DNA of 64,000 nt from Cellvibrionales bacterium UBA1969 (GTDB taxonomy: Bacteria; Pseudomonadota; Gammaproteobacteria; Pseudomonadales; UBA7434). The DNA lies in assembly GCA_002339085.1 (NCBI GenBank), contig DDDX01000060.1, positions 26,525-90,524 of the forward strand, given 5' to 3'. Of the stretch, positions 8,834 to 18,987 are shown one piece after another. The stretch's first letter is position 1, and each line of letters opens with the position of its first letter. Below the pieces are notes generated by a model that did not search any database, was not told where the DNA came from, and saw nothing but the letters and a program-made list of their open reading frames with translations. Made by a program: the position numbers and the translations under genes.

Positions 8834-10747
8834 TTAAGGCTGATACCAAATAGCTGAGGTATAAGCGCGTTCTTGCGTGATGGCGGGCACTTCGTTAGGC
8901 AGAGATAGATCGAAATTCACCGCATCATAGGTTGTCCAGCGTGGCGTCGGAATCTCTAACACGCGTGCATAATAAAAAGCGGCTTGCTTAGGATCAAAAT
9001 CAGGGTCAGTCCAGCGCGTTGCCAATGCCACCTCACCAATGCTATTTTTATAGTCGGCTTTGTTAATATCGACTGTATTGCCTACCAACTGCTTTACACG
9101 ACCATTGCGTTTAATACGTCGATTGTCAGATACGGCAACATCGTAAATACGCTCATGCAATTGACCATCAACTGACAGCCAACCCTTAATAATTTGAATG
9201 CGATCTAAGTTAGCGCCTTTGGGGTCTTTTAATGCACTGAGCATAAAGATAGGCGCTTGCTCCGATGTCTTAAGCTCGCCGCCCATCGGCACTCCGCCTC
9301 GATAGCCAGCTGCAGCAAAATCAGCTGCGTAGAGATCGTCATCGGTAAAATTATAGCCACCAAAAAATCTAACCGCTATTCGTGGACCTGTAGAAGCATA
9401 AACCTCACGACGCTTAAATGCATCAAATATGGCTGCACGGGTATTCTCGCTGGCCCATACCGCCGCATAGCCCGAGGCAGCTGATTCGCTATTTTTTACT
9501 GTGACTAAAGCGCCGCCCTCACCTTTTGTCGACCAATCAGCCGTTAGCCGGTTAGGCGTGGGGCCCACTACCGGTGATTTGCCCCAAAAGTTTTTATGGT
9601 CAGCCGTGGCTAAACCGGTATGCGAATCGGTACTGCCGATGACACCAAATTGGTAGGGGTTAGCACCAACTGTGTCCTTAATAGCTAGGCCGCGCTTGAG
9701 CCCCTCACGAACATAACTGCCTGCTAACATCTTATCGGAATAAAGTCGACTATTGAAAATATTGCCTTTATCCCAGTTATCATAATCGGCAAATTCATCA
9801 CCGGGCGATAAAAATGGGTGCGCCTCGCTGTCACCCTTGATTTGAGTGATTTCAACCACCGGCTCCCAACGTTTTCTAGTACTGGCATAAGCTTCATTCA
9901 TCGGCCCTGTTGAGGTTTCCACATCAAACATTAGACCAGAGCTTAAATTACTATTATGCGGTATCGCTAACACTTGACCGCCAGTTTTATTTTCATAGCC
10001 TTGTAAGCCACGCCACAATGTTTCTGGGTGATACGCCATAGGATCAATCATTGCAGCTATGACACTGACTGGATGCGTTTGTGAAACTTTGTCAGCACCA
10101 TCACGATACATAACGACGCGATGCAGGTTGTCACCATTGGGCGTTGAACTCCATTCATAACCGATCAACGCAGTGAATTCACCCGGCTGATTATGTCGCT
10201 CGGCGCTGGCGATAATTTCTTGCCATGCGCTATTAGCGGCGCGATTGGAGGCAGCCGAGCCATCAAGCAAAAACATCGCGGCACTGGACAGTGCCACATT
10301 GACCGTCTCTATTTGACTGACATCAGTCGGGATTGCTTCAAGGCCGCGTTCAACAATATTTAATGCAGTTTGCAGGCGTTGCTCTCGCTTTTGCTCGGCA
10401 GTGGGGTGACGAAGCTGCCAAATAGCGCTCATGGTTTCAGCATGATCGGAGACCAGCAAAAAATCTAACGGTGTTTCTAATTGCGCCGGCTTGCCTAAAC
10501 TGGCCTGCACAACTTCACCTTTGGCAAATCGATACGCTTCATCAGGACCGACTAATTTATTGCCAAATAAAGCCGAGTCACCCGATAAAATCGTATGAAC
10601 ATGGGTATCACCCCATAGCAATTGCGTCTGCGGCATTTGCACTTCAAGATTTTTCTCGGATATAGCATATGCCGAGCTGACAGCTTGTGCAGAAGCATGG
10701 CAGCTAATAAAAACCAATAAAAGGCCAACTATTTTAATCACTATCAT
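8834..10747 (-). CDS. Secreted DUF3604-family protein (PHP-like metal-dependent hydrolase fold)
   Basis: 637 aa. Signal peptide is MIVIKIVGLLLVFISCHASAQA. The PHP-like HxH motif WGDTHVHT lies near the N-terminus. Length and overall pattern match my recollection of DUF3604. Confidence 0.7.
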   Translation of the reverse strand: MIVIKIVGLLLVFISCHASAQAVSSAYAISEKNLEVQMPQTQLLWGDTHVHTILSGDSALFGNKLVGPDEAYRFAKGEVVQASLGKPAQLETPLDFLLVSDHAETMSAIWQLRHPTAEQKREQRLQTALNIVERGLEAIPTDVSQIETVNVALSSAAMFLLDGSAASNRAANSAWQEIIASAERHNQPGEFTALIGYEWSSTPNGDNLHRVVMYRDGADKVSQTHPVSVIAAMIDPMAYHPETLWRGLQGYENKTGGQVLAIPHNSNLSSGLMFDVETSTGPMNEAYASTRKRWEPVVEITQIKGDSEAHPFLSPGDEFADYDNWDKGNIFNSRLYSDKMLAGSYVREGLKRGLAIKDTVGANPYQFGVIGSTDSHTGLATADHKNFWGKSPVVGPTPNRLTADWSTKGEGGALVTVKNSESAASGYAAVWASENTRAAIFDAFKRREVYASTGPRIAVRFFGGYNFTDDDLYAADFAAAGYRGGVPMGGELKTSEQAPIFMLSALKDPKGANLDRIQIIKGWLSVDGQLHERIYDVAVSDNRRIKRNGRVKQLVGNTVDINKADYKNSIGEVALATRWTDPDFDPKQAAFYYARVLEIPTPRWTTYDAVNFDLSLPNEVPAITQERAYTSAIWYQP

Positions 10748-10755
10748 GCTAATAC

Positions 10756-11700
10756 CTATTCAGATGCCGCCAACTGACGACCCAAAGTATGACTGCCTTC
10801 GATAGTGGTACGATTAATTAAACGCTTAATGCCTGTTCGAGTACCAGTGGTGCAGTGCATCGCTCGCCAGTTATCCCACAGCACCATGTCACCGATGCGC
10901 CAATCATGCCAATAATGAAACTCTGGCTTACGGATGTGCTCGACCAGTTCATGCAGTAGCTGGTCAGCTTCAGCGTGAGTCATTCCTATCTTTTCAGGCT
11001 CTATCACTCTATTTAAAAATTGCTCAACGATTTCTAAAATTTTGTCGCCGGTTTCAGGGTGGGTAACCACCATGGGATAAACGGCATCAGGAAAATCGGG
11101 AAAACCGACATCGGCGGGCTTTTTAGGGCTGAAAGGACCGGGCTCATAACCACTATTATCGGCAAACCGCCATTTTATTCGCTGCATCTCGAAGGTGTAG
11201 GCTACTTCCAAATCAGCAATTTTATTTTTTAAGTACTCAGGCAAAGCCTTGTAAGCTTTCGCCAAATCACCAAAACCTGTTTGACCGTCTTCCTCAGCAA
11301 TATGCACGGCTGAGAGGATAGCACCTCGATTAGGTTTACCTGTGTAATGCAAATCCATGTGCCAGATCAATCGATTAACAATTGCCTCTCCGTCGTAATA
11401 AGCGGTATTAAATTTATCGGTCTCGCCGCCGTTTTCTAATACGAACAACTCTGGATATTCAGCTGAAGTAGTAGCTTTCAGCGGGTGCATTTCTAGCGGT
11501 CCAAAAATACGACTAAATTCAATTAAACTTTCGGGGGTAATGTCCGACTGATCGCGAAACACAACAATACCATGTGCCAACCAAATAGCATGAAGCTGAG
11601 ATTTAAGTTCATTACTGATAGGCTGATTAATATCGAGACCCGATACTTCAACACCCACATTATTTAATGGCTCTATAACTAAGGATATATCTTTACTCAT
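10756..11700 (-). CDS. TauD/TfdA-family Fe(II)/2-oxoglutarate dioxygenase
   Basis: 314 aa. Contains the facial triad HxD (WHMDLHY) and the C-terminal WDNWRAMHCTTG motif typical of taurine/alkylsulfate dioxygenases. Confidence 0.85.
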   Translation of the reverse strand: MSKDISLVIEPLNNVGVEVSGLDINQPISNELKSQLHAIWLAHGIVVFRDQSDITPESLIEFSRIFGPLEMHPLKATTSAEYPELFVLENGGETDKFNTAYYDGEAIVNRLIWHMDLHYTGKPNRGAILSAVHIAEEDGQTGFGDLAKAYKALPEYLKNKIADLEVAYTFEMQRIKWRFADNSGYEPGPFSPKKPADVGFPDFPDAVYPMVVTHPETGDKILEIVEQFLNRVIEPEKIGMTHAEADQLLHELVEHIRKPEFHYWHDWRIGDMVLWDNWRAMHCTTGTRTGIKRLINRTTIEGSHTLGRQLAASE

Positions 11701-11825
11701 GATAGATTATGCTCTGTGGATAATTATTCTATGATCGCCATTTATATCTGGGGGAGCGAGTCACCGTTAAAAATTAATGTTCTTTTCGAATCAAAATTGC
11801 CTGCAGATCTAAAGGCAATACTAAG

Positions 11826-13097
11826 TTACGCATCATCTGATTCAGGTTCAAAAGCTGTCACTGAAATCATTACAATCGCGAGTAATAAAATTAATATGCC
11901 AACTTGGTAAATAATATCAAAGGTGCCTACTCTACTACTTAACATTCCTGCCAGAGGAATAACTGATAAAGAAAATGGCAACCCCATCAACCCATAGATG
12001 CCGATCACACGCCCTGCAATAGCTCGCCCAAATCGAGAGCCTGCAGAATTTGGTTGCATAGGCAAAAAAGCACCAATCCCCAAACCAACAAATGCAGCTG
12101 CAATAATACTTATTATATATCCAGGATGACTTAAATAAACCGAAAAAGCTAAAACGATAATAAATTGGGAGATAATTAAAACTGTTTTTGATCCAATTTT
12201 ATCAGCAATAATTCCAGCACTGAGACTACCAATAATACTTGCAAAAGAGATTACTGAGATGGCTAAGGACGCTTCAATTTTACTTACACCAGCATTTTGC
12301 TCTAAAAATGGCACTATGTATGTACCATTTGCCAGTGAAACCATTGTTAACATTCCAAAAGCAATTGCGGTAAACCAAAGATCACGACTTCTAAGTGCTA
12401 ACCTAAAACTTTCATCATCTTTCTCTGTGCTGACAATCTGCGACTCAGTGGAATCATTGACTGCACCATCAGGATTTTGTCCTACCTCCTCAGGTGTCCT
12501 TGTTACTCCAAAAAATATAACAACCATGGCAATTCCTGCCAAAATATAAGACAAAACCTGTAAAGCGTAACGCCAATCATTTTCTACAGAGCCATTCTCC
12601 ATCAACCAAGCAGCTGCTGGTGGTAACCACAAACCGCCAAAAGCCAGTCCAACGGCCAAAATAGCTAAAGCAGTTGCTCTGCGCTCGATGAACCAATTAG
12701 TTATTATTCCATTACTTGGGACCATCCCGTGCATCACAATACCCAGTGAAGCAACTAACATCCCAAATGCTAAAAAGTATCCATTCTCAGTGCGTGTCAT
12801 GATCCCAACACCTAGCACCATTAAAACTACCCCGCCTAACATGATAGGCTTAACTGGGCCCTTGTCAGCGAACTTACCCAGAATTGGAGCCGTGAGACCG
12901 ACCATCATCATGAAAATTGACATTCCAAGACCAACTACCGCCAAGTCGAGGTTAAAGTCTGCTGCGACAGATAAATAAACAACACCAAAAGTATTAACTA
13001 AAGCCATCCCTAGAGACACAATAACAGCCAAGGAGATGCATACACGCCAACCGCCAAAATTTTCTTTAGGTGAATTAATCAAAGTAAAAATCTCCAA
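11826..13097 (-). CDS. MFS transporter
   Basis: 423 aa and highly hydrophobic, with about 12 predicted TM segments split by a central hydrophilic loop (PDGAVNDSTESQIVSTEKDDES). Confidence 0.85.
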   Translation of the reverse strand: MEIFTLINSPKENFGGWRVCISLAVIVSLGMALVNTFGVVYLSVAADFNLDLAVVGLGMSIFMMMVGLTAPILGKFADKGPVKPIMLGGVVLMVLGVGIMTRTENGYFLAFGMLVASLGIVMHGMVPSNGIITNWFIERRATALAILAVGLAFGGLWLPPAAAWLMENGSVENDWRYALQVLSYILAGIAMVVIFFGVTRTPEEVGQNPDGAVNDSTESQIVSTEKDDESFRLALRSRDLWFTAIAFGMLTMVSLANGTYIVPFLEQNAGVSKIEASLAISVISFASIIGSLSAGIIADKIGSKTVLIISQFIIVLAFSVYLSHPGYIISIIAAAFVGLGIGAFLPMQPNSAGSRFGRAIAGRVIGIYGLMGLPFSLSVIPLAGMLSSRVGTFDIIYQVGILILLLAIVMISVTAFEPESDDA

Positions 13098-13103
13098 AAA
13101 ATC

Positions 13104-14213
13104 CTAGGGGTTTATTTTCATTACAGTACGAATTTCGCGACCGTGATGAAGATCGTCAAATGCTTCATTAATCTCCTCTAGCGGTCGTGTTCTGCCCACC
13201 ATCGATGCCAAATCAAGTTGTTCATTTTGATAGGCTGACATCATCCGCGGAATATCATAAGTAGAATTACAAGAGCCTAACAAACATCCACAGAGTTTCT
13301 TTTCCATTGAGGAGAAAATAACGACATTATCTATTTTCACACCTTGATCGATGGGTGGCGCACCAACACATACCGTCACCCCCCCCGCTCTACTGGCTTG
13401 AATACCCTGCTCAATTAATACCGCTAAACCGGCCGTTTCGAAGGCGTAATCAACCCCTATATTATCGGTTAGTGCCATACAGACGGACACTACATCCTCA
13501 GTATTCGGATCAATCGTATGAGTGGCACCCAAGCGCATTGCTAACTCACGCCGCTCAGGCAAGGGATCTGACACAATAACCTTACTCGCTGAAGCCAATT
13601 TAGCGCCCTGCACTGTCGCTAAACCAATGCCCCCTAACCCCAGCACCAACGCAGTTGCACCTGCCTCTACATTTGCCGTATTGAGTACGGCACCGACACC
13701 AGTCTGCATCGCACAACCCACGACACAGGCTATATCTAGAGGAATATCTTTCGGTATTTTAATCCCACCAGTACTCGGACAGACCACTTGCTCCGCTAAA
13801 GAGGCGACACCTACACCTTTTAAAATTTCTGCTCCTTGCCGAGATAAACCCGTTACTCCATCGTGTAAGCGATTAGTCATAATACTCTGACCATTAGTAC
13901 ACAGAGAGTGATCACCGCGTTGACAGTAATAGCAGGTACCACAGGGCGGCACAGGGGTTAAAACCACGTGATCGCCTACAGCTAAATGACGCACCCCAGG
14001 GCCAACAGACTCAACCACACCAGCGGCTTCATGCCCGACAATTATAGGGCCGGGTAATGGACCCATGGCACCTGAAATAACGCTGTAATCAGAGTGGCAT
14101 AAACTGCAATAAGCAACGTTTACTCTTATTTCACCCGCTCTGGGTTCAATGATTTCAACATCATCGACCACCTCAATGGGCTTGCCTTGCTCGAACAATA
14201 CAGCAGCTTTCAT
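13104..14213 (-). CDS. Zinc-dependent (medium-chain) alcohol dehydrogenase
   Basis: Contains CSLCHSD, GHEAAGVVESVG, the structural-zinc CGTCYYCQ cluster and a GLGGIGL Rossmann motif. I chose ATG 14213 (MKAAVLF), preceded by GAGG 6 nt upstream. The track start 14225 is a TTG. Confidence 0.9.
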   Translation of the reverse strand: MKAAVLFEQGKPIEVVDDVEIIEPRAGEIRVNVAYCSLCHSDYSVISGAMGPLPGPIIVGHEAAGVVESVGPGVRHLAVGDHVVLTPVPPCGTCYYCQRGDHSLCTNGQSIMTNRLHDGVTGLSRQGAEILKGVGVASLAEQVVCPSTGGIKIPKDIPLDIACVVGCAMQTGVGAVLNTANVEAGATALVLGLGGIGLATVQGAKLASASKVIVSDPLPERRELAMRLGATHTIDPNTEDVVSVCMALTDNIGVDYAFETAGLAVLIEQGIQASRAGGVTVCVGAPPIDQGVKIDNVVIFSSMEKKLCGCLLGSCNSTYDIPRMMSAYQNEQLDLASMVGRTRPLEEINEAFDDLHHGREIRTVMKINP

Positions 14214-14253
14214 GTCTACCCTCAATCGTTAATAAGTTATAGAGCGGCTTTTT

Positions 14254-15498
14254 TTAAAGCCCAAACTTCGTCGTATATTCCTCAAACCTGACGCGTTCAC
14301 CCGCTTCAGTTAACTCGTAATCAGCCAGTGCGTACTCATGCTTGCCGTGTCTACCGCGCGGGCTGTCATCTAAATACTGCTGCATCAGCTCCGTCATATT
14401 TTCAGGAGGCTGTATACCAAATTTTTCGTATATCCCCAGCACTGTCTCAAATGGCTTCTCACAAATATCATCAAAATAAATATCATGAAATTGATCACTA
14501 TGAGCGTTAAGCAAGGCTCTATCTCGCATCCCTAATTGCAATAATTGATTCCAACTGCATGCCTGCTCCTCCCCGATCAAGCCAGGCAAATGCCCCTTAT
14601 CAGTGAACATACCTGAGAGTGTCCAAACAAAACTGCAAACAGAGCCAATAACATCAACGGGATTACGGTGAGTGAAAACAATTTGCGCATCCGGAAATAA
14701 TTCAAAAATACCGGGCAAGGAACTCAAATGCCCCGGGGTCTTTAATAACCAACGCTCAATCGGTCGACTGGCAGGCTCTGTCGCTTGCATCATTTGCAAG
14801 AAACGCTTATGAAAACGTAAAGCAGGTTTGGGGTCAGCCTGCATTAACCATCTTCGATAACTGGGCACATACCAAGTGAGCGTTAAGGTAATGCCATACA
14901 TCATTTGATGCATATTAGCGACGCACTCTTGCGGCATGGTCGCATCCATCTTATGAATAGCGTCGAAGCCCGGCGCCATTTTGTATTGCATTTCCAGTTG
15001 CTTGGCCATGACTTCAATACGTGGGTCATCATCGTAATGGTCTGGATCAGGCCGCGGTAAAGGCGAATTAACCTCCCAGAATAGCGGCGACCGATTACCA
15101 GGGTCCGCTCCCATTAGGCCATGCATAGCCGACGTACCCGTTCGAGGCAAACCAACAATGAAAATTGGCTTTTCGATAACTTGCTCAACTTCTTCTGGAT
15201 GACGGTCAAACCAGTCGGTTAACTTAACATAGTTGCTGATTAAATTTGTCAGCATGCCACGCGCACCCAAACGACCGACCATATTTAATTGCGCTTCTGT
15301 GTTCAGTGCATTGAGTAATACATCAAGACCGCCGGCGTCCCAACCCGGCGAAGGTCGCGTTAAGCCCGTCTCTTTTTCCACCCGCTTAAAAATATCATCT
15401 GCCGTTAGCACAGGCTGAATACCGACTTTAGCAAGCACCGCACCTATAACGTTGATGAGTTTTATGGGTAAGGGACGGTATGGAATATTTCGACTCAT
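14254..15498 (-). CDS. Sulfotransferase-family protein (PAPS-dependent type)
   Basis: 414 aa. The 5'-phosphosulfate-binding loop is GLPRTGTSAMHGL. There is no signal peptide. Confidence 0.75.
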   Translation of the reverse strand: MSRNIPYRPLPIKLINVIGAVLAKVGIQPVLTADDIFKRVEKETGLTRPSPGWDAGGLDVLLNALNTEAQLNMVGRLGARGMLTNLISNYVKLTDWFDRHPEEVEQVIEKPIFIVGLPRTGTSAMHGLMGADPGNRSPLFWEVNSPLPRPDPDHYDDDPRIEVMAKQLEMQYKMAPGFDAIHKMDATMPQECVANMHQMMYGITLTLTWYVPSYRRWLMQADPKPALRFHKRFLQMMQATEPASRPIERWLLKTPGHLSSLPGIFELFPDAQIVFTHRNPVDVIGSVCSFVWTLSGMFTDKGHLPGLIGEEQACSWNQLLQLGMRDRALLNAHSDQFHDIYFDDICEKPFETVLGIYEKFGIQPPENMTELMQQYLDDSPRGRHGKHEYALADYELTEAGERVRFEEYTTKFGL

Positions 15499-15550
15499 AA
15501 GTTGGTTATTCTCAATTTAAAACTAGGGTTCAAATTATTTGGGCTAAGCG

Positions 15551-17158
15551 CTACTTTTCAGGAATAGCAACTTGAAGGCCGCCGACTGGCATTGCCTGTT
15601 GCATGCCCTCTGGCAAAAACCAATTAGCTATTGTCGCCAAGGGTTTAAAGCCAGATGTCATTGCTGCACCCAGGGGACTTAATATTGTGCCATTCGCCAT
15701 CACCGGCGTCGTGTTCGATGAATCATCTGGCATGCTCACCACATTTCTAAATGCAACGCCGGTATCTTTATCAAAAGCGACTAGGTAGTTAGCAACAGGT
15801 ATAACAATCGTACGCCCCAACCAAAATTTATAGCCATAGGCAACGGGGACAAGAATGGCATCTTCAGTAACGGTCGGTATGCCATTACCACTGGCTTGAG
15901 GTGCGCCTAATATAAAACCGGACGGCAATGTTTCGCTGGCTAATTGATCGGCATTAGACGACCACTTTACTTCGCCACTGTCACCGTGTATGGCCATCAT
16001 GGTAGGGTTAGGATAAGCCTGTAACACAATAATGGTGTCGTCAAAATCCACCACAGCGGAGCCAGCGGTTGCCGCTGTTTTGGTACGCCAAACAATATCC
16101 CCGCTTAGCGCATCAATGCTGTACAGATAACCTTCTTCGTCGCTGACATAAACATAGCTGTCGTCATTAGACGTGGCAGGACTGGAACCACTGCCAATGC
16201 CAAAATCCGTCGCGAAAGCAATTTCAACAACAATACCCTGCTCACCATGAATTAAATCCAAACCATAAAGCCGTCCCAAGCTTGGCTCTGTTGAAGTAGC
16301 CGCGACAAAAATACGGCCTGTTTTTTGGCTCACAGCTGGCGTATTCATGGATCGCATGGCACCACCAAATAATAATTGCCAGCTCCACTCGCGAATTCGA
16401 GGGTCAATCATGCCGTCTCCCCATAGGGTTTCTGGCTGCTTAAGGACCTCTGAATACGGCGACAATAAACCGGGCAAACGCATTGGCTGGTTTAATACCC
16501 GACCGTCGTCTCGATTCCAAATCACCACGTCACCATAATTAGTCACCCCTAAAACATACCCCTCAACAGTAAATACCGGCGTTGTTAAAGCATTTATTGG
16601 TAAGTCGGGGTCAGGTTGCCAATCATCATCTGCTGCCAACGGTAAGGGCACAGTCCATTTTTTGGAGCCATCGGGATGAAACGCGAACATTTGATTGCAA
16701 TCACCTAAATAAAGATCTCCCTCAGCATCGACAATGACATTGGATAAAACCGCACAAGGGTCAACTCCGTTGTCAGCATCTGTCCATGGCTGGGACTGCC
16801 AAAGTAATTCACCCTCGACAGAAAAAGCATGCAAATTACTCTGCCCCGCAGCAAGACCAGACGTTTGATAAAAACGTTTTTTATCGGGACTAATGGAAGG
16901 AGCAATTAACAGCGATACGCCCTCTAACGCCGTCCAAGTGCGGTACTTATCGTGCAGATAGGCATCACGGGCTTGATCGCGGTTACCCGGACCCTGGTGT
17001 AAGGTTGACCAACCCCCACCCGAATAAGCGGGCGCTTCGACGGAACCGAGGCTATTACTAGCACTTACACGCTCAGCATTGGCCGTACAAATCACAAGAC
17101 TTAATAAAAGAAAGACTATAAATAACAATTGGTTAATCATATATTTAGCGATGATCAT
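15551..17158 (-). CDS. Secreted PQQ-like/BamB-like beta-propeller repeat protein
   Basis: Contains repeated W/G-rich blade motifs (e.g. GELLWQS, GSKKWTV, GDIVWRT, GEVKWSS). The signal peptide MIIAKYMINQLLFIVFLLLSLVICTANA applies if translation starts at ATG 17158 (GGAG upstream). The longest ORF reaches 17200. Confidence 0.75.
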   Translation of the reverse strand: MIIAKYMINQLLFIVFLLLSLVICTANAERVSASNSLGSVEAPAYSGGGWSTLHQGPGNRDQARDAYLHDKYRTWTALEGVSLLIAPSISPDKKRFYQTSGLAAGQSNLHAFSVEGELLWQSQPWTDADNGVDPCAVLSNVIVDAEGDLYLGDCNQMFAFHPDGSKKWTVPLPLAADDDWQPDPDLPINALTTPVFTVEGYVLGVTNYGDVVIWNRDDGRVLNQPMRLPGLLSPYSEVLKQPETLWGDGMIDPRIREWSWQLLFGGAMRSMNTPAVSQKTGRIFVAATSTEPSLGRLYGLDLIHGEQGIVVEIAFATDFGIGSGSSPATSNDDSYVYVSDEEGYLYSIDALSGDIVWRTKTAATAGSAVVDFDDTIIVLQAYPNPTMMAIHGDSGEVKWSSNADQLASETLPSGFILGAPQASGNGIPTVTEDAILVPVAYGYKFWLGRTIVIPVANYLVAFDKDTGVAFRNVVSMPDDSSNTTPVMANGTILSPLGAAMTSGFKPLATIANWFLPEGMQQAMPVGGLQVAIPEK

Positions 17159-17326
17159 AGTGATTCGTACTCCTATGAGGCTATCAACCAAGTAACCCAT
17201 GAATGATGCTGGATAAAATCTAAAAAACGGGCTCTATAATAGGCTTTATTGACTGCAGAGGGAGTGACTATTATGCAATATCCACCCCGTAATAAGGCCA
17301 ATAGCTCCGGCGTTAATACGGGCTTT

Positions 17327-17818
17327 TCAATGTTGCAGCGACTGATTTAAACTCGCCAAGTAATCCTTTAGCGCAAGGCCAGTACCCATATCCCAAGGCA
17401 CAATGTCCTTTTTTTCGACTAATTTATAATCGTCCAGCTCTTCGTTTAAAACAATCGATCCTTCAGCTTCTAAATGATAAGCAATAATCACTTGATTCAT
17501 CTGCTCAAAACCATAGGCACCGATTAAACGCTGAGCCGTAACCGTTAAATTAAGCTCCTCTTTAGTTTCTCTTACCATCGCTACCGCGGGGTCTTCGCCC
17601 TGCTCTAAAAACCCGGTGATCACCGAAAAGAATGCTTTAGGCCAAGCCACATTGTGTGCCATAACAATCTTACCTTTATATTCTACGATGCCAGCCACGA
17701 CGGGCGTCGGGTTTTGCCAATAGACATAATCACAGTTGGAAGACTGACACGCTAAACGGGACACACCGTCTAGCTCACGATCAACCATATCGGCTTTACA
17801 TTGGGGGCAATATCTCAT
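17327..17818 (-). CDS. NUDIX hydrolase with N-terminal zinc ribbon
   Basis: 163 aa. Contains CPQC...C..SNC cysteine pairs and the Nudix box GFLEQGEDPAVAMVRETKEELNL. Confidence 0.85.
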   Translation of the reverse strand: MRYCPQCKADMVDRELDGVSRLACQSSNCDYVYWQNPTPVVAGIVEYKGKIVMAHNVAWPKAFFSVITGFLEQGEDPAVAMVRETKEELNLTVTAQRLIGAYGFEQMNQVIIAYHLEAEGSIVLNEELDDYKLVEKKDIVPWDMGTGLALKDYLASLNQSLQH

Positions 17819-17978
17819 CGTGAAACCTATTTATAATAAAACTTAGCACTATCACTTAAGAATAACGAATCTGCTAAAAAAGATCGCCGCTTAAAAATAT
17901 ATTATTACATTCATCTCATGATAAATCGTTCATTATAGCTCTATCATGGCAGATAAATAATTGACGAGATCGATCACT

Positions 17979-18974
17979 ATGGAAAACCACATTAATACTC
18001 GAAATAACAATAAACCTTATGCCATTGACCCCGCATATCTTGATTTTCCTGATATGAGTTTTAGTACCAATCTGCTCAAACTGCGGTTTACTAATCTATT
18101 TATTTTGGCAACCCGTTTGCGCTACAAATGGTCAAAAAACCTCAACATCTCAACTCATAAAATTAACAGTACTAACGGCCATAAACTTAAAGTGATCGAA
18201 ATCAGTAAAAAGGGGTTAGCAGATAACGCACCTGCTTTAGTCTATTTTCATGGCGGCGCATTTTTCCTCACCTATGCAGGCCTTCATCTAGATAATGCCC
18301 AGATGTATGCTGAGCAAGCGAATTGCAAAGTATTTATGGTGGATTACCGCCTTTCGACTAAGGCCCCTTTTCCGGCTGCACTTGACGACTCGCAAGCGGC
18401 ATTAGAATGGGTGCATAGCAATGCCAAACAGCTAGGCGTCGATAAAGAAAAAATAATTGTCATCGGCGACAGTGCTGGCGGCGGTTTAGCCGCAAGTGTT
18501 GCCCAGTTAACCCACGACAGGAATAAAAATCGTAGAGAAAAAATCAATTTACTCGCGCAGTTTTTACTCTATCCCGTCTGTGACTGTGAAACAAAAACAG
18601 CCAGCGCCACCGAATTTACCGATACGCCCCTTTGGACAACCAACAATAACAAAGTAATGTGGGAGGTGTATCTGCGAGGCAGTAAATACAAAAAAGGGGG
18701 CGAACACATACCCACGTATGCCTCACCCGTTCATCGCCAAGACCTCAGCGGCTTACCCCCTGCTTATATTGAACCCACAGAATTCGACCCGTTAAGAGAT
18801 GAAGCAATTAATTATGCTGAAGCCCTGCAAAAAGCGGCCGTTGAAGTGACTTTAGTAGAAGCTAAAGCCGCCGTGCATGGCTATGAATTTGTCGACTGTG
18901 AAACCACAACTAAGTACCGAAAAATTAGAATGGACGCACTAAATAAAGCCTTAGGTCATTCATCTACTGAATAA
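17979..18974 (+). CDS. Alpha/beta hydrolase, hormone-sensitive-lipase-type esterase
   Basis: Contains the HGGAF oxyanion motif and the GDSAGG nucleophile elbow. I chose ATG 17979 (MENHINT); the track start 17961 is a TTG. Confidence 0.85.
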   Translation: MENHINTRNNNKPYAIDPAYLDFPDMSFSTNLLKLRFTNLFILATRLRYKWSKNLNISTHKINSTNGHKLKVIEISKKGLADNAPALVYFHGGAFFLTYAGLHLDNAQMYAEQANCKVFMVDYRLSTKAPFPAALDDSQAALEWVHSNAKQLGVDKEKIIVIGDSAGGGLAASVAQLTHDRNKNRREKINLLAQFLLYPVCDCETKTASATEFTDTPLWTTNNNKVMWEVYLRGSKYKKGGEHIPTYASPVHRQDLSGLPPAYIEPTEFDPLRDEAINYAEALQKAAVEVTLVEAKAAVHGYEFVDCETTTKYRKIRMDALNKALGHSSTE

Positions 18975-18987
18975 AATCGAGGTAAGT

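Noticed and set aside
12259-13890. Antisense ORFs of 96-122 aa (12259-12549, 12688-12978, 13355-13579, 13522-13890). Similar embedded ORFs occur elsewhere (28439-28741, 29671-30018, 41769-42071, 60038-60385, 62996-63262).
   Set aside because: Each is fully embedded in a gene with strong family motifs on the other strand or frame. Their translations are low-complexity with no recognisable motif.
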